From a virus: a stretch of 64,000 nucleotides of DNA. The notes beneath the pieces were generated by a model. It saw only the letters and a list, made by a program, of their open reading frames with translations. It had not been told where the DNA came from and searched no databases. Positions 57,930-64,000 of the stretch are shown one piece after another. Each line of letters begins with the position of its first letter. Position 1 is the stretch's first letter. Position numbers and translations under genes: made by a program. The stretch lies in IMG/VR virus record IMGVR_UViG_3300045988_135160, one strand, 5' to 3'.

Positions 57930-58380
57930 GCAAAAATTTAAAAACGACCTTCATTACATTTCCAAAGTTCTCCACCTTAACCCACTCGTGAGCTACTGCT
58001 CTAAGTACGGATGTTTCGTATGTCGGAATATCGTCTTCTTCAACCACCTTACAAGAAGCCAGAACTCCTTCAGTCGGCTTTAGTCCGAGGTCATGCAGCT
58101 CGCAGAGACCGCCCGGCTGGCGGAATGCGCACCACCCGTCTTTCTCTGTTGGCTGGATCATCGCTATTGGTTTTTCTTTCACTGCAAGATACCCTACCAT
58201 CCACATTGTTTCTTTTAACCTGTCAGCGTATCCGGCATCTATGATAGCCTCTATGTCTTTTGGCGTACCAATACAAGGAACTTTACACATGTTTTTACAT
58301 TTATCACATGTACAAGGTTGCTCCCATCTGTTATGATCTATGCCTACCAACTTCTTTATCCGTTCTACTTCTTCTTTCAT
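57907..58380 (-). CDS. Cys-rich hypothetical protein (157 aa)
   Basis: CTCDKCKNMCKVPC cluster. Confidence 0.45.
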   Translation of the reverse strand: MKEEVERIKKLVGIDHNRWEQPCTCDKCKNMCKVPCIGTPKDIEAIIDAGYADRLKETMWMVGYLAVKEKPIAMIQPTEKDGWCAFRQPGGLCELHDLGLKPTEGVLASCKVVEEDDIPTYETSVLRAVAHEWVKVENFGNVMKVVFKFLHENERRK

Positions 58381-58381
58381 A

Positions 58382-58663
58382 TTATACTATCTCTGTTAGT
58401 TTTTCATAATACAACTTCATTTCCGGTGAAGCATATTCCATGAATGCTTCGAATAAGTAGGGTACCTCTATTATCATATTCACATTACAACCTTCTGCCT
58501 GTGAAAGAGATTCAAGATCATTGCTGTATGAACACGTTACATGAGCTCCTACATTAAACACATGTAAATCTAATCTTACATATTCCATACATAAATCTAA
58601 CGCTTTAAACAAGTTTTCTACCTCAATCTCCTGAAATAGGTCTATAAACATCCTTAAATCCAT
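58382..58663 (-). CDS. hypothetical protein (93 aa)
   Basis: ORF track only. Confidence 0.4.
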   Translation of the reverse strand: MDLRMFIDLFQEIEVENLFKALDLCMEYVRLDLHVFNVGAHVTCSYSNDLESLSQAEGCNVNMIIEVPYLFEAFMEYASPEMKLYYEKLTEIV

Positions 58664-59046
58664 TATTTTACTACCCTTTCTATGTGTTTAATTAATACTA
58701 CCGCCATTCCATTGCCGGTTTTTATCGCACATTCCGATCCTTTTATCCATTCTACACATCCTACATACTTTTCTGTAGAATGAAAACCTGGATTGTATTT
58801 TCCAGATGTACTGAACTCTACCGTATCCCCTACCTTCAGATCATCAAAAGCAATAGACCATGTGGTCCAAATTCTATCATGTCTCCCAGGCTGAATGGCT
58901 CCGATTACGCCTTTTTTACGACCGTTTTTTATCGCTCTTAGTATTATCTTTCTATCACCTTCGATAAGGCTGCAAAAGCGCCCGTAAAAGGTCAAATCAA
59001 CCTGTTTTCCTCCTATTTCTTCTCTTATTTTTGTTATTCTGTTCAT
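58663..59046 (-). CDS. hypothetical protein (127 aa)
   Basis: ORF track only. Confidence 0.45.
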   Translation of the reverse strand: MNRITKIREEIGGKQVDLTFYGRFCSLIEGDRKIILRAIKNGRKKGVIGAIQPGRHDRIWTTWSIAFDDLKVGDTVEFSTSGKYNPGFHSTEKYVGCVEWIKGSECAIKTGNGMAVVLIKHIERVVK

Positions 59047-59270
59047 TTTCTGATTTTGTTTTATTTTTTTCCTTGTTTTTTCTATCTTCTATAGAAGATG
59101 ATAATAACATTATCTTTTCTATGTTACTTTTTGACTGTAAAAAAGAATCGCATTTCATTACTACTACCACCTTCTTAAGTTCCCCATTATCGTATAGCGA
59201 TACACGCATCATGTTTTGCACCTCGTCCACTATCAGACCTGGAGTAGTCTTAGCCATTTTGCGTAGCTTA

Positions 59271-59555
59271 TTATACTCCGGTCTTTCCATTTCCTCTGTT
59301 TATTACTCTATAGTATTTATCCTTATCCCCTTCTTTCAACTTCTCCAGATAGAAAATTCCATCATGTAAATGAGACAAACAAAACCTGTATCCGTATTTC
59401 TGTACTCTTCTTACATGATCCCGCAGTCTTATCTCTTCACTTTTGTCTTGTACTTTGATTTTAATACTGTCTCCTTCTTTGATTGTGTATAAAATAGTTT
59501 GAATCTCTTCTTTTTTCATCTTATAAAATATTTTAACGGCAGCACCTATACTCAC
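59271..59555 (-). CDS. hypothetical protein (94 aa)
   Basis: ORF track only. Confidence 0.4.
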   Translation of the reverse strand: MSIGAAVKIFYKMKKEEIQTILYTIKEGDSIKIKVQDKSEEIRLRDHVRRVQKYGYRFCLSHLHDGIFYLEKLKEGDKDKYYRVINRGNGKTGV

Positions 59556-59582
59556 GCACCACTACTGCCTTATGTTTAACAA

Positions 59583-60392
59583 TTAAATACTTAACTCTTC
59601 AATGGTCAAGCCTTTTTCTTTTGCCCACTTTAGCATCGCGCATAATTCTGTTTCTGACTTATATTTCGGATCACGCCACGCCCATCCGAATTTATCCAGG
59701 ACATGATGATATAATTCGTCGGCCTTTGCCGTGTAAATGTCTTTGAATAAATGCTCCGAACCTTCCGGTATAAGCATCTCTGTTGTTGCAAAATCGGAAT
59801 ACGATAAACATCCGTAAGCATATTCTGTTATTTCACTCCATGCTTCTCCGGCTTTAAATCCAAATTCTTTTACAAAAGCCAAAGTTAGATACATATTTAA
59901 TAATATTGTTACATCATATCCGGAATCCGACTTTCTTTCTATTATTTCCTTTTCAAATTCCTTTAAATCTTCAGGTCCTAAAAAGATGTATCCTGATACC
60001 GACCGGTAATTAGTCTCCGCATACTTCTTGCATTTATCATCATTGACAATCTTACTAATGTTAGATAACATCTTTTGCCTCCATTCATCACAAAACTCTA
60101 CCTCTACGTTCATCCAATCAGTACCATAATTATATTCTTTCGGATATCCGACCGATGTTACCTTTATGTTATTCACGCCATATCCGTAAAGGCGTTCACT
60201 TACCTCATTCGCCCATTCCTGTACAAAAGGAATAAACTTATTGTAATAAGAATCAAAATCAAAATCCGATTCCTCCTCATATTCTGGCATCTCTTCATAA
60301 TCCTGTTCAAAGAAATGACGAGGATCTGCTATTGTTTCGTAGAAACTTACGTTAATGAAACAAAACTCGTTGGTTGTCGTTTTTAATATCAT
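59583..60392 (-). CDS. hypothetical protein (269 aa)
   Basis: ORF track only. Confidence 0.5.
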   Translation of the reverse strand: MILKTTTNEFCFINVSFYETIADPRHFFEQDYEEMPEYEEESDFDFDSYYNKFIPFVQEWANEVSERLYGYGVNNIKVTSVGYPKEYNYGTDWMNVEVEFCDEWRQKMLSNISKIVNDDKCKKYAETNYRSVSGYIFLGPEDLKEFEKEIIERKSDSGYDVTILLNMYLTLAFVKEFGFKAGEAWSEITEYAYGCLSYSDFATTEMLIPEGSEHLFKDIYTAKADELYHHVLDKFGWAWRDPKYKSETELCAMLKWAKEKGLTIEELSI

Positions 60393-60643
60393 AACTTTTT
60401 GTATTTACGTACATTTTTCTTGCCATAGAATCTACACATGGCACGAATCTGACTATAAAATACTTTTGTCCTCCTGGCCTCAAAGTATTTAAACATTTCT
60501 TCATTCTTTGTTTCCCAAACGTAATCCGTTTGGGAACTCATGCGATCTTTCTCCTTGCGTGAATAATGGTAATATGATACCACAACACGTTTCATACCAT
60601 TCTTTACAGGTACGATATTTACGTCTATACTATTCTCTGTCAT
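60389..60643 (-). CDS. hypothetical protein (84 aa)
   Basis: ORF with a 4-nt overlap. Confidence 0.4.
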   Translation of the reverse strand: MTENSIDVNIVPVKNGMKRVVVSYYHYSRKEKDRMSSQTDYVWETKNEEMFKYFEARRTKVFYSQIRAMCRFYGKKNVRKYKKL

Positions 60644-60762
60644 ATTATTATTGTTTTATGCATTATACAAATACAAAGAGCGCATACCTTCACAGGCCGG
60701 CGCTCCTTTCAATAAAAATGAAAAAACTAATATTACATAAACATATTGTTTTCTACTCTTTA

Positions 60763-60996
60763 TTACAATACTTTTGTTCCGCAATTATTATATCTTCCGT
60801 ACTCTTTTTTCGTATCATTCAAGATTTCAAAAACCATCTTCTTGTGATCTTCGTTTGGTAACCTATCCTTAACAGCCGATATTACGCCCGCTATAGACGT
60901 AAAGCCTGAATCTGTTATTGAACACAGCAACACGCCTCTGTCGGCTCCGGTGCTTATTGCTGACGCCTTTATAATATCATTCTTATATATTCTCAT
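60763..60996 (-). CDS. hypothetical protein (77 aa)
   Basis: ORF. The tRNA-like element lies immediately upstream. Confidence 0.4.
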   Translation of the reverse strand: MRIYKNDIIKASAISTGADRGVLLCSITDSGFTSIAGVISAVKDRLPNEDHKKMVFEILNDTKKEYGRYNNCGTKVL

Positions 60997-61017
60997 AACT
61001 TTTTTGTTTTATTGTTT

Positions 61018-61100
61018 GTGAGATGCCCAGAATCGAACCAGGACCGGCACATACGCACCGGCACGCCGCGTCATCCCCTCTATGATGCAGAAATAGGCAT
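61018..61100 (-). other. tRNA-like element 1 (T-arm GGTTCGATTC plus acceptor-like ...CATCTCACA); a full cloverleaf could not be folded
   Basis: Minus strand reads ...CCTGGTTCGATTCTGGGCATCTCACAAAC. Shares this 3' module with 62262-62350. A matching 5' acceptor strand was not found. Confidence 0.3.
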
Positions 61101-61171
61101 GCCTATCCTCACGAACCGACATGCCAAAACCCAAAACTTAATTTGATGAATAAAATAGATTAACAAAAATA

Positions 61172-61486
61172 CTATTCTAATTCTTTTATAATATCTTTCA
61201 CAATATTCAGCCTTACCTCCTTCGTTTCTGGACTAATACAGCCAAACCATCCATATATCCTCCATTCTTCTTCTGGTTCTGTAGCCATACTTTTCTTTTC
61301 CTCCAATTCCGGGAAATATATTCTCACCATTTCGTCTGAACGAAACTCATAGATATTTTTATGTGTTTTGAAATACATAAACACTACATTTCTTAACGCA
61401 ACACATATGTATTCCCCATCCTCTAACCTATCAATCATCTCATATACCTTTTTCCATATGAATAATCGCTCTTCTTTTGTAAACAT
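61172..61486 (-). CDS. hypothetical protein (104 aa)
   Basis: ORF track only. Confidence 0.45.
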   Translation of the reverse strand: MFTKEERLFIWKKVYEMIDRLEDGEYICVALRNVVFMYFKTHKNIYEFRSDEMVRIYFPELEEKKSMATEPEEEWRIYGWFGCISPETKEVRLNIVKDIIKELE

Positions 61487-61494
61487 ATCTTTCT

Positions 61495-61842
61495 TTATTT
61501 TTGTGGTATTATTTGACTGTACGCAGACTTTTCCATGTACACAACACTATGTTCCCGTCCAAGTATTTTCTTTGCTGCTTCTTTCTTTATCGCGCAATAT
61601 CTCCCTGTACGATACGGATTCTTTTGATCTGATCCATCCTCGACTTCGATAATAAAACAACCTCCGTCATCTATTATCTTTTTGCAATTGTCACATATTT
61701 CTCCCGTGCATATATGATGCGGCGCCTGCCCTTTGATGTTATTCCCTAATAAAGCAATCCCCATCTCTTCACCGCATACTATGCATAGTTCTATGGATGG
61801 ATTCAACCCATGCTCTGGATGCAATACAATACCGTCTTTCAT
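61495..61842 (-). CDS. Cys-rich zinc-binding hypothetical protein (115 aa)
   Basis: CIVCGEE ... CTGEICDNC Cys pairs. Confidence 0.45.
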   Translation of the reverse strand: MKDGIVLHPEHGLNPSIELCIVCGEEMGIALLGNNIKGQAPHHICTGEICDNCKKIIDDGGCFIIEVEDGSDQKNPYRTGRYCAIKKEAAKKILGREHSVVYMEKSAYSQIIPQK

Positions 61843-62243
61843 TTTCTATCCTCCTTTATTAATTCTATTATAAACTTTTTATCTTGTTCCCACAATGGCA
61901 GCCCTTCTTTTACTGTGTATGCCACTGTTTCCCTCTCTCCTATTAATCGCACGGCAATCTCTCTTGCTTTCAAGTCATCCTCCTCATGCGATTTGTTTAT
62001 TAAATCATAGGCACATGATTCCACCTTTTGCCTTTCGATTATTATCGAACCCATTAACTCGCTTATATGCGATCCTAAAAACGATAAGACATTAATAGCT
62101 TTCCCAATATCATTTGAAATAGCACTTGCTAAATACATCTTATCCATATACTCCGGCAAAGCCTCGTATGCCGTTTCTATGTTTTTATACTGATTTTCGT
62201 TTACCTCCCTTTTAATCAGTTCTTCAAATTCTTCTTTTAACAT
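61839..62243 (-). CDS. hypothetical protein (135 aa; start moved to MLKEEF)
   Basis: The track ORF 61839-62390 has a 49-aa N-terminal extension. That extension is the translation of the conserved tRNA-like element. ATG at 62243 chosen. Confidence 0.45.
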   Translation of the reverse strand: MLKEEFEELIKREVNENQYKNIETAYEALPEYMDKMYLASAISNDIGKAINVLSFLGSHISELMGSIIIERQKVESCAYDLINKSHEEDDLKAREIAVRLIGERETVAYTVKEGLPLWEQDKKFIIELIKEDRK

Positions 62244-62261
62244 GTTCTTCCCTATTTTAAT

Positions 62262-62350
62262 GTTGTGTGAGATCGCCGGAATCGAACCGACTTGCTGCAC
62301 CATGAATCCCATAAAGCAAATGCTCCGATCTTCGCAGATGGGAGCATTCT
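62262..62350 (-). other. tRNA-like element 2 (GTCGGTTCGATTCCGGCGATCTCACAC)
   Basis: Same T-arm/acceptor-like 3' module as element 1. Sits directly 5' of the gene at 62243. Confidence 0.3.
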
Positions 62351-62578
62351 GTCTAAAGCATAAGAAAATTAATGAAGAAATTTTTCTCACTTACGCCATA
62401 GCATCTAAAATAGCTATCAGCACTATTTCTATGACAAACATAATAGAAAATATCTTAAATGCCTTTTTCATATCGCTATCTCCTCCTTTTTATTTTTTTT
62501 AGTTCCACAATAAACTGTTCCGGCTCTGCTCCGACCTACGTTCCACCTACAACCGCAGGCCTTAGCCCAAGGCGCCGC

Positions 62579-62848
62579 CTACTCCCCCTCTATGGCAGCC
62601 TGTTCGTACCTACAAATCCAATCTCCATCTATACAACTATCACTACGCGATAATAAACATTTATCCTTATAACAATCATAAAAAATACACCTATCACAAC
62701 TGTAATCCTTAACGTCTACACAGCTAACTACCTTAGCATATACTATTCCATCACTGCCTTCTATTCCTTTTACCCCGAAAATAGAACCTTCTACCTCCTT
62801 ACTCAAATCTAAGTCAGGCGCAAAGTCATATACGTTCATACCATCCAT
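62579..62848 (-). CDS. Cys-rich hypothetical protein (89 aa)
   Basis: ORF. CDRCIFYDCYKDKC cluster. Confidence 0.4.
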   Translation of the reverse strand: MDGMNVYDFAPDLDLSKEVEGSIFGVKGIEGSDGIVYAKVVSCVDVKDYSCDRCIFYDCYKDKCLLSRSDSCIDGDWICRYEQAAIEGE

Positions 62849-62937
62849 ATTTTAATTGTTAAACATCCCGCTTAAAAAAAAATACTCACATAATGCAGTC
62901 CTCAACCCTTAATCTGTTGGAAGGAACCTATATAATG

Positions 62938-63044
62938 CTGTTTTAAACCCTTATCATATTGAATTTTGTGGAAATGATCTACAGAACACTGTTTTAAAAC
63001 GCTTATCTATTGAATTTTGTTGGTTATCTATTGAATTTTGTTGG
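62938..63044. repeat. iteron-like direct repeats (two 21-bp tandem units TTATCTATTGAATTTTGTTGG plus a degenerate third, within a roughly 40-bp higher-order unit)
   Basis: 63003-63023 and 63024-63044 are identical. 62951-62971 is a variant. CTGTTTTAAA(C)CC..TTATC precedes units 1 and 2. Confidence 0.7.
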
Positions 63045-63573
63045 TAGGGAGTGCCCTCCCTCTCCCCCTCTCCAACCCCGGCTAATCCTCCGGCTTTCCG
63101 CATAGAACCTGCGCTCTCGGCCTCACTACCGGCATACGGAGAGCGCTACAAGCTTATACTCTGGCATGAAGTATGGGGTATTTAGAGATAATATCATTCC
63201 ATAGAGAGAATAGAGAGCCTTCAGCCCACGCCCTACCGCCTGCTCCTCCTATCAAGATAGATATTTAAGCCTATAATCAAAGCCAATAAAGAAAAGCAAA
63301 AGACCATTACAATATTATACTGATCCGGTCCGTACTCCAACATAGAGCGAATACCAACCGACAGAAAATACAAGTCAGCTACTAATAAAAACCACCACAT
63401 AAAATAAAAAAAATACAATAAGTATGTCCGAAAATACGGGGATTATAAAACCTAACTAATTGATAATCAAGCATACATAATTTTTAAGAAAAGTACAATA
63501 AGCCTAATTTTCAATCCATAGAGACGAAAAAGGCGGAATCCGGAACCCTATTTTGGGCCAGAAAACCGCATAA

Positions 63574-63667
63574 AGTTTCGTTTTAGACCAATTTTAACGA
63601 CATGATATAGACAAAATACCGGCATTATATCCAAACTATCCTATTTTAGTTTCGTTTTAGACCAATA
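63574..63667. repeat. 19-bp direct repeat AGTTTCGTTTTAGACCAAT, two copies (63574-63592 and 63648-63666)
   Basis: Exact match seen in the non-coding tail. Confidence 0.7.
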
Positions 63668-63771
63668 TAGCTTACATCCGCCGTTCACTCTCAGAATATC
63701 CTACCCGTAAATAGAAAGAGTAGGATACAAAAATAGGGCTGCTCCGATATTCGAAACAACCCTACTCCTGT

Positions 63772-63978
63772 TTAAATACTGTTTATGTTTTCCTTCACGT
63801 AAGTTCGTGATGTATGGACTTTACGTTTGCATTTGTCCTTTCCCGTATCGGCATGATACGCTTCTTTGAGATCACGATACAACATAAATTCCCGATACGC
63901 TCTTTTCCGCTTTTCTTTAGCTTCTTTCCTGGACAGACCGCGGACGTCTACCATATGAGATTTAAATTTCCTTTCCAT
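63772..63978 (-). CDS. basic small protein (68 aa)
   Basis: ORF at the window edge. Lys/Arg-rich. Confidence 0.3.
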   Translation of the reverse strand: MERKFKSHMVDVRGLSRKEAKEKRKRAYREFMLYRDLKEAYHADTGKDKCKRKVHTSRTYVKENINSI

Positions 63979-64000
63979 TTTCTTTATGCTTTAATTATGA

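Noticed and set aside
61018-62350. Calling the two GGTTCGATTC-containing loci bona fide tRNA genes
   Set aside because: Only the T-arm and 3' acceptor strand could be drawn. No complementary 5' acceptor strand and no D or anticodon arm of correct geometry were found by eye. They are kept as tRNA-like features at low confidence.
61839-62390. Track ORF 61839-62390 taken at full length (183 aa)
   Set aside because: The first 49 codons translate the conserved tRNA-like element. The start was moved to the ATG at 62243.
1-64000. CRISPR arrays, rRNA genes
   Set aside because: No regularly spaced short direct repeats with unique spacers were seen, and no rRNA-like conserved stretches. The only tandem repeats (62938-63044) lack spacer structure.

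Overview
This 64-kb window looks like a bacteriophage or phage-derived genome segment. Supporting evidence: AT-rich DNA; dense, mostly co-directional genes; no Shine-Dalgarno spacing, which fits a Bacteroidota-type host; two giant proteins of 2213 and 2140 aa; a replication module. The host and the virus family are not established. Layout: 1-21255 is a plus-strand late/structural block. It contains a 454-aa protein, the 2213-aa and 2140-aa giants, a 752-aa protein and two small genes beginning MRRRF. 21345-56200 is a long minus-strand block of about 60 small early/replication genes. These include an SF2 helicase, a Cas4-like PD-(D/E)xK nuclease, a DnaB-like helicase, a primase-like protein, a KilA-N protein, a MazG-like dNTP pyrophosphohydrolase, a P-loop ATPase, and a flotillin/NfeD/acyl-carrier-protein operon. 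57540-62850 holds more small minus-strand genes. 62870-64000 is a roughly 0.9-kb non-coding tail with iteron-like repeats. The block is punctured by five IS200/IS605-related RNA-guided-nuclease elements. Three are TnpB genes: 8135-9358 on the minus strand, 24771-26028 on the minus strand and frameshifted, and 56326-57558 on the plus strand. Two are paralogous IscB genes with PLMP, split RuvC and HNH domains, at 36299-37558 and 42824-44050. Each IscB gene is preceded by a roughly 230-nt conserved non-coding block. That block shows compensatory base-pair covariation between the two copies, so it is probably the cognate omega-RNA. TnpB-1 is bounded by 24-bp inverted repeats. It appears to have inserted into an MRRRF-family gene: deleting 8084-9435 restores one open reading frame. 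The same 24-mer, GGTGTAAAGTGGTATATAATCACC, recurs at the 3' end of TnpB-3 and as a solo copy at 49288-49310. Two tRNA-like T-arm/acceptor fragments lie at about 61018-61100 and 62262-62350. No CRISPR array and no canonical tRNA or rRNA could be confirmed.
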